Notes under the pieces: model-generated | Databases searched by the model: none | What the model was told of the DNA's origin: nothing | What the model saw: the letters and a program-made list of their open reading frames with translations, nothing else | Translations under genes and position numbers: made by a program | Part shown: piece by piece, positions 24,001 through 36,725 of the stretch | How the letters are laid out: each line of letters starts with the position of its first letter | How positions within the stretch are numbered: position 1 is the stretch's first letter | From: Mytilus edulis | Lineage: Eukaryota | NCBI RefSeq assembly: GCF_963676685.1 | Contig: NC_092355.1 | Location: 124,001-188,000, forward strand | Length of the DNA: 64,000 nucleotides | Direction of reading: 5' to 3'

Positions 24001-25084
24001 TATATTTAAGATTGTAAACAACGGCCGTACCTAGTATCTATCCTTCTAGATCGTTGTTCGTCATTTGTGAAGTTGTTATCGAATATCTATCAACATGTTA
24101 CTGATATATCCCATTAACTTTAAAAAAAAAAAGATGTGTTCTGACATAGCCCTGCTTTTGTGGTTCAGGAACTTTTGGTCTGACACTGGTGACGTTTTAT
24201 TAACTCTGAGTAGTGGCAGCAAGTTCCTAACTACCGTATGAGTTGGGAAATGTATATCCAATATGCAGTCGAAGTTGGAATTTTATAGCTTCGAAGGTGG
24301 GGGATTTGATTAAAAATCCAAATCGTCTTGTTTATCATAATTTCTGGTCCTGCGATGAACGATTATGCCAAATTCGAGGTATGAGTCTATAAATGAAGTG
24401 GATGAAGCCGTGTTTGTTGTTTCATTAATTTCTAGTTCTGGGGGATATGTTAATGAAACCCAATCAGAAAAGTTTGGTTTGTTTATTGGAAATAAGACTG
24501 AGTGTAAATATCCTTAATTTTGAATTAGTTAATACAAGTAGATTATGGTGTAATCTTCATATCTGTTCTATCAGATTTAAACTTCACCAAGGTATATGCA
24601 CTAGGATATGTTAGAGTATCAACAGCCCAGTAGTCAGCACTTCGGTGTAGACATGAATATCAATTATATAGATAAAGGCAGATGTGGTGTGAGTGCCAAT
24701 GAGACAACTCTCCATCCAAATAACAATTTAAAAAAGTAAACCATTATAGGTTAAAGTACGGCCTTCAACACGGAGCCTTGGCTCACACCGAACAACAAGC
24801 TATAAAGGGCCCCAAAATTACTAGTATAAAACCATTCAAACGGGAAAACCAACGGTCTAATCTATATAAACAAAACGAGAAACGAGAAACACGTATATAT
24901 TACATAAACAAACGACAACTACTGTACATCAGATTCCTGACTTAGGACAGGTGCAAACATTTGCAGCGGGATTAAACGTTTTAATTTTAATAAGTGTCCT
25001 GTTGACAACATGTTTTATTTCTCGAAAAACTAAGGCTTTTTTTCTTATCCCAAGATAGACTAACTTCGCCCTATTTGGCACAAC

Positions 25085-26559
25085 TTTTTATACGTCCGTC
25101 TTTAAGACGGGACGTATTATGGTATACCGTTGTCCGACCGTCTGTCTGTCCGTCCGTCGTCCACACTTCGGACAATAACTCAAAAACACTTTCACCAATT
25201 TCCATGAAACTTTGGTGAATTGTTTATATCTATTGACGTAAGCTCCCTTTCTTTTTTTTTTAATTTCAGATTTAAAGTTTTGGATTTATGGGGCTTTATT
25301 CATAAAAAAGGGGGAGTTTTAACACTTCGGACAATAACTCAAAAAGGCTTTCACCAATGTCCATGAAACTTTGGTGAATTGTTTATATCTATTGATGTAA
25401 CAAATAATACTTAATAATGTCTGATGAAAACATAAAATTTGTAAAATCTTTAGTTCAATTTAAAACATTAAATTTCTTGTAAAAAATAGGTTCCATGAAT
25501 GTCATACGTTTGTGCTATTATTGAATGGTTGCAAGGATGAAAGCACATTAGCAGTCCCTGAGATACTAACTGTTCCCTGAGGCATATATCATTTTATGAT
25601 AACATTTTTACTATCTAAGCTATGTATAAAAATCAAATACTGTTTTTGCGTATAGGATGTTTTACTCTTGTTAAAATTGGTTGCAATTGAAATCACAAAT
25701 GATACCTTAGCATTGCAGCTTTTTTTTTATAGAGTTCGGTTTCGGTGGTAGGGTTGAGCGCAATAAAAAATGTTATAAAACATAACTAGTCTACAATAGC
25801 ACATAATAAGTGAACAAGTGACAACATGAAAATCCTAACATGTGACTAAATATTCCTTCAATGTTAAAGGGTGTCATTTTATGAGAAAAAAAATAGGAAA
25901 TCAAGTCTCCTAAACATTTATCAATATGATCATCTTGTGAATATTCTAAACAATAAAAGGTAATAATCATTATCCACCATATTAAGCACCATTTGAACAA
26001 CTTTTGCATACATCTTTGTATAATTTAGTATGGATTCCTTACTGTGTTCTACATAACCTAACTATGAGCAATATACCCCAAGAAAATTTACCTTCTTTCA
26101 AACTACTATAAAATTTGGAAATCATCCATAGAATTACTAAAACCCATAATCATATATCACTTTCCTTATATTGCATTGAAGACTTCTATGTTATATGCCA
26201 ATGTTAATGATATTTGTTTTTTATGCTAAATATTGAAAAGCTGAACTAGGTTTAATCATCAGTGTCTTCTTCACTGTAATCACTGTCCTCACCATCAGAA
26301 AAATCCTCATTTTCATTCTCAGAAGAGGCCTTCTCATCATCAATGAAATCTTTATCTTCATCATCGGTGAAATCCTTACTTTCATCACCTACTTCCTCAT
26401 TTAGATCATAACTTTCAGAAGAGTCACTTTCACCATCTTCACTTTCCCTGTTATCTTCTTGCTGCTCCTCATTGTCATTGTAGTCTTTTTTGCCATTTTT
26501 ATACGCCCGTCGTCTTTCAAACAACGGCCGTATCATGCGCTAAAGCGCAGCCCTTTATT
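25085..26559 (+). mobile_element. HINE-like element with captured acidic coding fragment (paralog of 2181-4150)
   Basis: Same termini and hairpins. Acidic ORF at 26252-26536 on the minus strand. Confidence 0.8.
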
Positions 26560-26625
26560 GGAATTTTGAGTCCTAAATGCTCTTCAACTTTGTACTTGTT
26601 TGGCTTTGAACCTATTTTGATCTGA

Positions 26626-26669
26626 GAGTAACTGATGAGTCTTATGAAGACGAAACGCGCGTCTGGCAT
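26626..26669 (+). ncRNA. Type I hammerhead (family B), core intact, helix I degraded
   Basis: CUGAUGA-GUCUU-aug-AAGAC-GAAA-CGCGCG-UC. The 5' helix I strand is GAGUAA instead of GCGUCA. Confidence 0.7.
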
Positions 26670-28920
26670 ATTGAATTATAAGCCTAGTACCTTTGATAAC
26701 TTTATGCCTTTACCACCATCTCTGTCAAGTTATTATTTCCAAATTGTATGTCAATTTTTAGCTCACCAAGCTTAAACAAAAGGCCAAATGAGCTTTTGCC
26801 ATCAATTTTCTTTCAGCCGTCTATCATCATAAACTTTTTATCATCTTCTCTGAAAATAATTGCCAAATGTTACGAAACCTTACCATATAAAATTGAGAAT
26901 GGAAATGGGGAATGTGCCAAAGAGACAACAACCCGACTATAGAAAAAAACAACAGCAGAAGGTCACCAACAGGTCTTCAATGTAGCGAGGTAGCAATACA
27001 TAGTCAAGAGTTAGGTATCACAATTGTGGTTGCGGTTGATTTTTTAAGGGGAAATTATTGTGTGATAAAGTAATTTTAACGACAGCTGAAGACTAAACTT
27101 AAGTATTCAAAGTGGGTTTATATGAATACCAATATTGCGTTTTGATGTTTTATGGGCTATTTTCTGTTTGACAGGAAGTATTTTCAAATCAAGAGTGTCA
27201 TATGTCCAGCAAATCCACTCAATTTTTTTCACATAATTACAACCCTTTTAACTACCATGACTACTGGAAATAAAATCTATGGAAAATACTCAGATTTAAA
27301 TATCAATAGGAGCAAATAAATGAAAATGACATTAAAATGTAAAGGTGGGGTTTAGAAAATACCACAAGTCATCCAAGGGGATCACCACACGAGGACTTCT
27401 TGTCCAGAACTAGGGACGACAGTATATTAAGCTAATGTAAATACGCCATTTCTGACCACTTAAATGCAGAGCAATCTATGCTGAACTATACCGTCCATAT
27501 AGAAGAAAATACATGTGAAAATAAGAACAAAGAGTTTATAATAGTCATGTATGTACTAACATAGTAAACACTTTACATGTTTACTATGTTCCCCTTGATA
27601 AATACATGGAAATAGTTTCAGAAAAAGTATCACTCCTGGAGATTCAAATTCTACTTTTGACCAAATTCTAATTGTTTTCCTAACTTATATCACGACCTTA
27701 TGGCAATCAAGTTTACAATTCGTATCTGGGATGTAAACCATAATATAACATGGCCACTGCTTCTTATACAATTGAGAATAAACATAGAACATAGGGAATA
27801 ACATGTTGTTATTGATTATTTTTATCTCTAAATTGCAAGCAGTAAGAGCAAACTGACATTTGGTTACAATTATTAACTGGCCAAGTTATCTTGTTTTCCT
27901 AGTTTTTTTTTCAGAAATATCAGACACCCCCATTTTGCACTTATTGCCAAGTAATTTTTTTTCTCACCAATTTCCAATGTCTTTGCTATCTTGAGAACTA
28001 TAAGAGATTGGGGAAAATGTGAATATATCCTGATCAATAAGATCCGCCAATATAAGTTACATGTAGAGTTATTGCATAAAGTAAATTACATTGTCAAATC
28101 TGAAGTATTGAGGTAAAAAAAAATCTACAATTAAGTCTCTTTTGAGGAAATCACCAATTTAACCATACAGGATAGATTTTTTCATTGGAAATGTTTGCAT
28201 GCCACAAAACCAGGTTCAACCCGCCATTTTTTTCTTTAAAAATGTCCTGTACCAAGTCAGGAATATGGCCATTGTTATATTATAGTTCGTTTCTGTATGT
28301 GTTACATTTTAACGTTGCGTCGTTTGTTTTCTCTTATTTTTGAGTGTAAATTCACATTGCGATAAGACGTGTCACGGTACTTGTCTATCCCAAATTCATG
28401 TATTTGGTTATGATGTTATATTTGTTATTCTCGTGGGATTTTGTCTGTTGTTTGGTCCGTTTCTGTGTGTGTTACATTGTAGTGTTGTGTCGTTGTTCTC
28501 CTCTTAAATTTAATGCGTTTCCCTCAGTTTTAGTTTGTTACCCCGATTTTGTTTTTTGTCCATGGATTTATGAGTTTGAACATCGGTAAACTACTGTTGC
28601 CTTTATTATTCACCTTTCAAAAACGTTTTCAACGTTGATTTACTATAAATAATGTTGTCTTTTTCTTAATTTATGACATTACAGAATATGACTATTCGCT
28701 AAATTTGTACTTCTAGATAAAGTGATATTTTGAAATACACAAAGCTAAGCAAAAGAGCACATAGTGTTATGGTTCGCTTATTCTGGATGATTTATCCCGA
28801 ATTCTATGCACCACTTATGCAAGTATATTCGAGATCTGTAATAAATGATCTCATAATCCCTGCAGCTAACTGTTGTCCCATTTGAATGTCAGTTTTAAAC
28901 AATTACACTTCTAAATAAAT

Positions 28921-30855
28921 CTAATCAATTTCACACACAAGCACTTTAGTAGCACCAGCATGAAAGGTTAGTAGAAATCTGTTACTGTTTGGCTGGAACC
29001 GTATTACCCATGGAGGAGCCGTGATGGAGTTGTCTAACTTCGATATGGGAATGATTCGTACCAGTTGTCCAGTAGATGTCAACTGGTGTATGTTTCTGGA
29101 ACTATATCCGGTGATATACACGTTTCCGTCGCTATCAACGTCCTGGAAATACGGGTTCTGTAACAGACTATTGCTATACGTAAAGCCTTTTCCTTCATTG
29201 CTCTCCTTTTTAATAGAATGTCCGCTATCCCAATAGATGTAATCATTTTTCGTGAAGCAATAAACATATCTTGTGTCTGTCGTTGTTTGTTTACTTCTAA
29301 CTAATGTACCATTACCAGCATTTAACCAAGATATTATTTTACTATGAGCAGTAACAAATTCGTTTTCACAGAATGAAATACCCCACACAGGATTGCTGAT
29401 ATTTAAAGTCTTCACGATAGTCAGCGGTTTAACGTTGATAACCACTATCTTCTTTTCATTTGAAGAAACAGCGACTGTTTGATCATTAAGTTTAGCTATG
29501 TCTGTTACATTGTAAGGAATACCTAGCTGTCCTTGTAGCTTCCCTTTGTTGTCGTAGTACACGATTTTTTTTTTTGTATGATGGGTCAAAATGATATCAT
29601 CATTAAAGAATATCCCACTTACGGCATTTATTGTTACATCAATTGTGAATGCTATTCGAATTTTTCCTGTATGGAAATTTGTTATCTTCATTCCAGGAAT
29701 AGAACATGCAGAAGGCCGATGCTCATCAAAAATCAAACTGCCGAGAGAACTAATTTCTGTAATGATATCTTTATGTTCAAACTTTACGGATATAGTCCTT
29801 ATTTCACGTAGAAGTTTATAAATGTCATTTTCAGTTTGAGGAAGATTATTTAGAATCTCGTTCATCTTGACCAGACATTGTATTTCTGATCCTTGAGACA
29901 TACAAGCTTCGAATAAACTCTTCCAGTTATCAACTATATTCTTTAGGCTGCCCACATCTGTTGTTTCGTCATCAAGCTTAATTAATTTTTCTTTCCTTCT
30001 ATTGTTGGCCTCGTCCCGAAGTTTTTGTTCGAGTTCATTCAAATGTGTACAAACTTTTTCTCGTAAAGTTGTGATTTCTTGAAGAAATGTTTCTATGCCA
30101 TTTTCAAAATTTTCCTTATTAGTCTTTTGGTTCTGAAGAACTTTACCTAATGTGTCACTCGTTTCTGTTAATGTTGTCAACAGGTTTTTTGCTTTTTCAG
30201 ATGCTTTTATCCCGGTCACCGCTCTATCGATAGTGACAACCTGTTCACATTTTCTGTGGTGGACAGTGGCACAAACTGTACAACAAGGTTTTAAATGATC
30301 CTGACAGTAAAATTCTATCGTCTTGTCGGGATGCCTTTTACAAGTGACATGCGCATATATACCGGAAACGGTGGTGTCTGTTATAATATCTGTGATGGGA
30401 ACTATTGTGTGCGTTCTTGTTGCTTTGTAAAGCTTATGACATCTTTGACATGATTCACAGTAAGCTTCTTCGCATACAGTGCAGAATGAGTGTGCCTTCT
30501 GAGAAATATTGTCTAGTATACAAGTATCGCAAAGTTTTTCCGACTTTTGGATTGCCTTTCTTTCAATTAATGATACGATAAAATGGTTCCCGTGTAAATT
30601 ATCTGCCCAAGTGTCAGACTTCTCATCATTGTCATGAATTGGCACAGGTCGACGACATACGGGACATTTGAATCCATTCGAATTGTTTCCTTTCACGGTT
30701 GAACCAATATATGTTTTTATACACGACTTACAAAACGTATGCAGACACGGCAGACACTTAGGTTCTTTGAATGTCTCCAAACAAATTGTACAAGTTAGTA
30801 GATCATCAAAATCTTCTGTCACCTTTTCTTCTTTCACCTTCGCCGACATCGCCAT
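28921..30855 (-). CDS. TRIM E3 ubiquitin ligase, copy 2, 644 aa, intronless
   Basis: Same RING/B-box/coiled coil/propeller motifs as copy 1. Open frame. Confidence 0.95.
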   Translation of the reverse strand: MAMSAKVKEEKVTEDFDDLLTCTICLETFKEPKCLPCLHTFCKSCIKTYIGSTVKGNNSNGFKCPVCRRPVPIHDNDEKSDTWADNLHGNHFIVSLIERKAIQKSEKLCDTCILDNISQKAHSFCTVCEEAYCESCQRCHKLYKATRTHTIVPITDIITDTTVSGIYAHVTCKRHPDKTIEFYCQDHLKPCCTVCATVHHRKCEQVVTIDRAVTGIKASEKAKNLLTTLTETSDTLGKVLQNQKTNKENFENGIETFLQEITTLREKVCTHLNELEQKLRDEANNRRKEKLIKLDDETTDVGSLKNIVDNWKSLFEACMSQGSEIQCLVKMNEILNNLPQTENDIYKLLREIRTISVKFEHKDIITEISSLGSLIFDEHRPSACSIPGMKITNFHTGKIRIAFTIDVTINAVSGIFFNDDIILTHHTKKKIVYYDNKGKLQGQLGIPYNVTDIAKLNDQTVAVSSNEKKIVVINVKPLTIVKTLNISNPVWGISFCENEFVTAHSKIISWLNAGNGTLVRSKQTTTDTRYVYCFTKNDYIYWDSGHSIKKESNEGKGFTYSNSLLQNPYFQDVDSDGNVYITGYSSRNIHQLTSTGQLVRIIPISKLDNSITAPPWVIRFQPNSNRFLLTFHAGATKVLVCEID

Positions 30856-30950
30856 TTTGTTTTATCTTTCAAACGTCATTGTCCAAAGATCAGTTATGAT
30901 TATAATTGGATATATATAGCTTTCTTACCTGGACTCGGTTTAACACGTGA
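30856..30950 (-). promoter_or_regulatory. Putative core promoter of TRIM copy 2
   Basis: TATATATA 30911-30918 and CACGTG 30944-30949, conserved with copy 3. Confidence 0.55.
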
Positions 30951-31005
30951 ACATCATTATCATGGTACATATTTTACTGATATCACCTGATATGGTTTCT
31001 TTGTT

Positions 31006-31068
31006 TAATAAAATTAACGGTACCAATTTTCTTGCACCAGATGCGCATTTCGACAATACATGTCTCTT
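31006..31068 (-). mobile_element. 63-bp family A retrozyme fragment inserted ~150 bp upstream of TRIM copy 2
   Basis: taataaaattaacggtacc...tgtctctt. Absent at the paralogous site upstream of copy 3 (~51918). Confidence 0.85.
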
Positions 31069-31664
31069 CTTCTTCTTTAAATTACTATCAATATTCTACA
31101 TTATTTTATAATACTGATTTTAACTCAAAAATAAAGGTTGATGAAATTTGTTCTCATCTTATCACAGTAGAACATTGTCCTAAACGTTTGTTTTTTTAAT
31201 AGTTTGGATTAATTTATTTGCGTGGCTCAGGAAAACTAACATTTTCGTGGATATTTAATTTTGTAGTTTGTCAATTTCTGCAAACAAAAGCCTATAGAAA
31301 ATTTATAGTGCGTTGAACATTTCAATTCGTGGTTCACCTGTACCCACAAAACCAGCGAAAATTGGTGTCCAACGAATAATAATGAATCCACAGATGTTCC
31401 AACTCAATCGACATTTGTAGATTGACTAATTGATTGATCGATTGTATGTAACTACCGTCCAGTGACAATGGTTTTATGTAACTATCGTTCACTTACAATG
31501 GTTTTATGTAACTATCGTCCAGTGACAATGGTTTTTTTTATGTAACTTTACGTCCAGTGACAATGATTTTATGTAACTTTACGTCCAGTGACAATGTTTT
31601 ATATATCCCAATTGATACGATATTCCCATGCTTGCATTTCCTATTATGATTTTTTTGTTTTATA

Positions 31665-32120
31665 GAGGGTTGCTGCTCACAAGGAAGCTATTAAACCAAG
31701 AGTAACAAATGGTGAAGTTGAAATTATCCCTTCGTAAATTTTACGAACGCCATCACAAGTTGGTTGACCGTTATGGAATAACCGTTTCACAAATGATATC
31801 GGATATGTTCCTTTCGTCGTAACTACAATTCCCTTCCCTTTCATGAATGTGACCTACCGAATTAGACTATTTACCGGATTTGTTATCACATAATCAACAC
31901 GACGTTTGCCACATGTGGAGCATGATCTGCTTACCCTTCCGGAGAACCTGAGATCACCCCTAGTTTTTGGTGGGGTTCGTGTTTATTCTTTAGTTTTCTA
32001 TGTTGTGTCATGTGTACTATTGTTTGTCTGTTTGTCTTTTTCATTTTTAGCCAGGTTGTTGTCAGTTTATTTTAGATTTATGAGTTTGACTGTCCCTTTG
32101 GTATCTTTCGTCCCTCTTTC
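31665..32120 (+). mobile_element. Penelope-like element 3' fragment (RT C-terminal region plus downstream repeat); related copies at 53714-53995 (+) and 57262-57630 (-)
   Basis: Translates RGLLLTRKLLNQE*QMVKLKLSLRKFYERHHKLVDRYG, which resembles the C-terminal region of PLE RTs. The family assignment is from recall. Confidence 0.55.
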
Positions 32121-33649
32121 ATGCATGTCCAGGACAAAAACAATAAGTAATTAAAATGGTTAAGACAACACGTGCTTTTCTGGATTGGGGATTCTTTTAT
32201 CTTTTATGTCGTTTTTCTCTATTGTCTATATTTTCTTAGCATTTCATTCTCTATTCTTTATTTTTTCGGCCTATTTTTCTCTTTTCTTTTTTTGGGGTCT
32301 TTTAGTCTGCGCGTTCTGCCCAGTATTTTCTATTCCTTAAACCTCATGTAGACCGTTATACGTAGATCAGTCGTCAATTAGAGGGTCGATCTTGATGGCC
32401 AAAAGAAAAAGTGCAATTAGTATGATGACATATATAAAGAGCAATGAAAGGGTACATTCGTGCCCGTAAACGAGTGTGTTTAAGGGTTCTTTAGAATAGA
32501 TTGAAGGGTGCTGTCTCTCTGCATGATGCAAATGATTTAACGCTAAAACTCTGACCATACGCGACTACATATTGTAACAAAATGGGGGTTCTTTGAAATG
32601 GAACTTGTTTTCCCTAAAATTGTGTGATGATGTTGTTAAAACCTTACCGTTTATTGACTGTTTTTATTTTATATTTCTTGTACAACTTTGTGTAAACATT
32701 GTTAACTTTTTATTATTCTTAACGTCCATGTTTTGAATTTATATTCGGAACTCCCCTCGATTGTTCATATCAAATGAAGTACATAAACGTTTACCAATCG
32801 TTCCGAACATTATTTTGGTAATTACCAATTCCGGTTTTGGTAGTTTAGGTATTTTTCACCACTGGTAAATGGTAAACCATTTAGGTAATATTTTACCATA
32901 GTATAAATACATTGGAGCAAGCCAAAAAGGCTTCAGTACGACTTTACCCTGGGCAAGTGACACACGCTAATTCCAAGCGATTGAATAACCAGAAATAACC
33001 AGACTATTTCCGTATAATGTTGGCTTGTTAGTTCCATAACAAGTTGTATTTAGAGAATTACTTCTCGAGAGAAACGTTATCAGTTTTGACATTGAATTTC
33101 CGTTACCATTTGCCGATTACCAAACTATCTTGTTCGTAAACTTTCTAGGTATTTATGTATTATAGTTCCGCTATCCATTTTCTTTACGATATTCTAATAA
33201 AGTAAGGTATTTATTTGTTAAACTAGAATCCTGTTACTTAAGTTATTTATTATGTCTACGAATTGCTGATATTTATTGCACGTATAAAATACAAGTTGAT
33301 TTTTATTCGACGAGTCTGTTATTCTTACAAAAACCTAAACGGAACTAAACTAAGATCTATCAGAATACCACAACGTACCACAAAACCTATACAGAACCAA
33401 CTGTAGATTACCCGAATACCACGATACCAGAGAACCACGTTACCAAAGAAGAGTCGCCAGTTATAACTTTAGTTCATATATTCCAGTCTTATAGCAACAC
33501 ACTAAGGGTTCCAATATTTATAGTTAACACCAAAGCTTGACCGCTCGGTTATCGTTACAGTGGTGGCAGCGGAGGCACGTACCTACATTTTTATATTCTT
33601 ACAATAAGTTGAATAATATTTAAGATAAGGCATAAATAAAATAAGTAAA

Positions 33650-34933
33650 ATGGATAGCGCGGAAAATAGATTTGAAACACCTAGGTTAACTGCCCAGGGT
33701 AGACCAGTACTCCCCCGATCTCGGTCCTGTGAAACTTTCCATGATCTGACGCCGACCGGAGAGATAAGCATAAGAGTGAACCAAGATCAATGGCCCTCAC
33801 AAGAGAATACAGATAGATACGAAAAGGATGGTATACACCATACTGACATAAGGCCATTGTCAGGAGGTCTATCACCATCAACGAAAGTGGCCATTGACCA
33901 AGCGAAAAATAAGGAAGTTTCAAATAGGGCAACGGTTGTGCATTTAGAACCAAATGCGACGTGGCCGGTAAAACAGAATCTTGGTGAAGAGTCAAGCACT
34001 CTTTATAACCATGCTGCCAGGTCTAGGTATGGGTTTTGGAGTCAGAAAGCAGAGGGTTCTACTATAGCAGAGGGTACTGCTATAGCAGAGGGTTATGCCG
34101 GGGCAGAGTTTACTGCAGAGGCAAAGGGTTCTGCTGAGGGAGACTCCGGGAATACAAGACGAGTCGCGACGTCTTGTGAATCCAGATGGGATTCGGGAGA
34201 TTTACCTAGGACTTTGGACCGGGGCGTACTCCATAATATGGGGGCAACGTACCAAGCATTACCTTTGACGTCCCGCGGACGATTCAGAGTTGGGGTTAAC
34301 AGGACCGACCATGAACACCGTACTGATGAAATTACCAGTAAGTTTAATTATTCTGGCATTATCAATAAACCAAATTTTGAGCGTGATTGTGATATAAACT
34401 TACAAAATACAAACTGTTACAAAAAGAAACCAGTACTTTATGACGGAGAGACTAATTGGGAAGACTATTTAGTTCAGTTTGAATTAATTGCAGCAATTAA
34501 TAAATGGTCTGACCTAGAGAAAGCTTTAGAATTAGCTACTAGCTTAAGAGGTACCGCCCAAAGTATTTTAACCAATTTAAGACCAGAGATGCGGACCAAT
34601 TTTGTACAACTGACTGCAGCTTTAGCGTCACGTTTTCAACCAGAAAACCAAGCAGAAATGTACAGGGCGCAAATGAAAAGTAAGATACGCGGATGCACGG
34701 AACAAATACCTGTATTAGGCCAAGACATAAAACGTCTTGTAAGATTAGCGTATCCATCAGCTCCGATAGAGGTTAGGGACTATTTAGCACGTGATTGTTT
34801 TATTGATTCTCTAAATGATGCTGACATGGAATGGGCTATTTTCCAGGCCAAAGCAAAAAACATTGATAACGCAATTCAAGTAGCTCTTGAATATGAAGCC
34901 TTCCAAAACAACAGACGTAAATACTGTAAATGA
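33650..34933 (+). CDS. gag: Gypsy Gag-like protein, 427 aa
   Basis: KPVLYDGETNWEDYLVQFE..A..NKW...KALELATSLRG.A and RF.PE....YRAQ..LVRLAYP..ARDCFIDSL capsid-type motifs. Confidence 0.85.
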   Translation: MDSAENRFETPRLTAQGRPVLPRSRSCETFHDLTPTGEISIRVNQDQWPSQENTDRYEKDGIHHTDIRPLSGGLSPSTKVAIDQAKNKEVSNRATVVHLEPNATWPVKQNLGEESSTLYNHAARSRYGFWSQKAEGSTIAEGTAIAEGYAGAEFTAEAKGSAEGDSGNTRRVATSCESRWDSGDLPRTLDRGVLHNMGATYQALPLTSRGRFRVGVNRTDHEHRTDEITSKFNYSGIINKPNFERDCDINLQNTNCYKKKPVLYDGETNWEDYLVQFELIAAINKWSDLEKALELATSLRGTAQSILTNLRPEMRTNFVQLTAALASRFQPENQAEMYRAQMKSKIRGCTEQIPVLGQDIKRLVRLAYPSAPIEVRDYLARDCFIDSLNDADMEWAIFQAKAKNIDNAIQVALEYEAFQNNRRKYCK

Positions 34934-36725
34934 ATATAATAGTTTTGATCTAAATAGGGAAATTTATTTGTCTGAACAAATTGATGACATTTCAGGTCGT
35001 CTTTAAAAAAAAAATCCATATAACAGAAATAACAATTTTATTCCAAGAAAAGTGGTAGACCAAATGACTGGTCGGGGAAACTATTAGTAGCTGAAACCGA
35101 GTACCAAGTTTTAGCTGAGTCTAATTATGATTTTGAAGAGTCCAATAATTTTGAGAAATTCAGTCAGATAAATATATTCTGATAGTTTATATGTAATTGT
35201 CAATGTTTTTGACATAGAATTAAATTGTTTGATTGATACCAGGTCCATTGTATGTGGGTAGTTTTTTTATTATTTGTTATTCATCCATGAATAATACCAT
35301 GTCCAAGATTGTGAAGACAGTGTTAACCAATACACGTAGTGGGATACCCCTGCATGACTAATTGAAGCGTAGTTATGCCGATGGGGACTGCTGTATTACC
35401 AACACAGTCTAATAAATACTCGGTATCGTGTCTCATTATTGCTGACATAGATATACTTGTATCAATGATTATTGAGTTTGATTTTTATAGATAAAAGTCC
35501 AAGTATATATTGGAAAAGGGAAAGAGTTTTTGTAGATTAAATGTAATTCTATTTCAGATTTTTATTGATATTGTGTACATTTGTTGATTGTTTAAATATG
35601 TAGCTTGTTTTCAGGAAATTCATTCATACAATAGTGCTCTATGAACATTCGTCCCGCAGAGAATACTTGATGGTGCTCTATAAACATTTGTCAAAATACA
35701 CTGAATTATTTCGGATGTGAGAACATTCATAACTCGAAGTAGAAGCGTTGCTGCTTAATGAACATTCGTCTAGAACGTGTAGTGAAGAAGATTCGTCAGT
35801 GCTCTATATAATTATTGGTCGAAATAACAGAACTCGCATTTTATGAACTTTCGTTATGAGAAGAAGATGTATTGGTGTTTTATGAATATTCTGTTACACC
35901 GTTCCGTAATTTATACAGTTCGTTTGATTATATTCTTAATCTATTTATGTGTTCCAGTCTAGGAGGATTATTCATCTTTAACCTCATAAGAACATTAAAA
36001 CATCGTATCATCGCTACCTTTCCCCTGCTCACACGGATCTCAAACCGAACATTGCAAGGTCATACCAGTTCTGGAGAACTTTTCAAAGGACAAACGTCAT
36101 CTAGGACACAATTCGTGGCTAACCACAGAGTGAGTTAACTTTACAACATTGTTTTTGAAGCCTTCAAATTACTCTATACATATTTGAACATTCTCTCCGT
36201 GAAACACTGGAAATTTAACTGCTCTTGAAAGTACAACATTTTCTCGGATCCAACGGACTGTGTTATCTATTACCTTTGACATTTCGTTTTAATAACATTA
36301 ATTGAACACATTGTAAAATTGTATTTTATTTGTTTTTCAGCTTTTTACCATATGTCAGATTGGTTCATAATTAAAGTATCAGCACCTGATAGTCTTTTCT
36401 CCTTGAGCCCAATCGTCGGTTATACTTAATGGTCAGGCCATTACAGTAAAAAGTCTACAACTTGCCTGTTGTGTCTCACAGATAACGCCACTCCACGTTA
36501 GTTATACAGCTATATAACTACCTACCTGTTGAGCCCTGCATGTACGCGTCATCCCTTGACGTACAAAAAAATGACAACAACTTGTCTACACATCTCCTGA
36601 ACAGGAAATACAACGGAGCATCGTTCGTAGATGTTACCTTGACACTACGCAACACAGCTTGTGCGTCCTAGGCAGCAAACCGACAACGTTGAACAAACAC
36701 TGCTTACAGTTAGTCGATTTACATC

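Larger units (their letters stand above)
22057..28169. repeat. Segmental duplication block, copy B
   Basis: Colinear with 1-5724. Copy-specific indels include a minisatellite expansion and a ~310-bp repeat at 24672-24985. Confidence 0.95.

Noticed and set aside
30920-30932. AG|GTAAG splice-donor-like motif upstream of TRIM ATGs (minus strand)
   Set aside because: It lies upstream of the conserved TATA, is lost in copy 1 and leaves no room for a normal intron before the ATG.
35872-36138. ORFs in BEL LTRs (also 43348-43539) and other short ORFs in repeats (1916, 4404, 31906, 46046, 53779, 57240)
   Set aside because: They lie within LTR or interspersed repeat sequence and have no coding signature.
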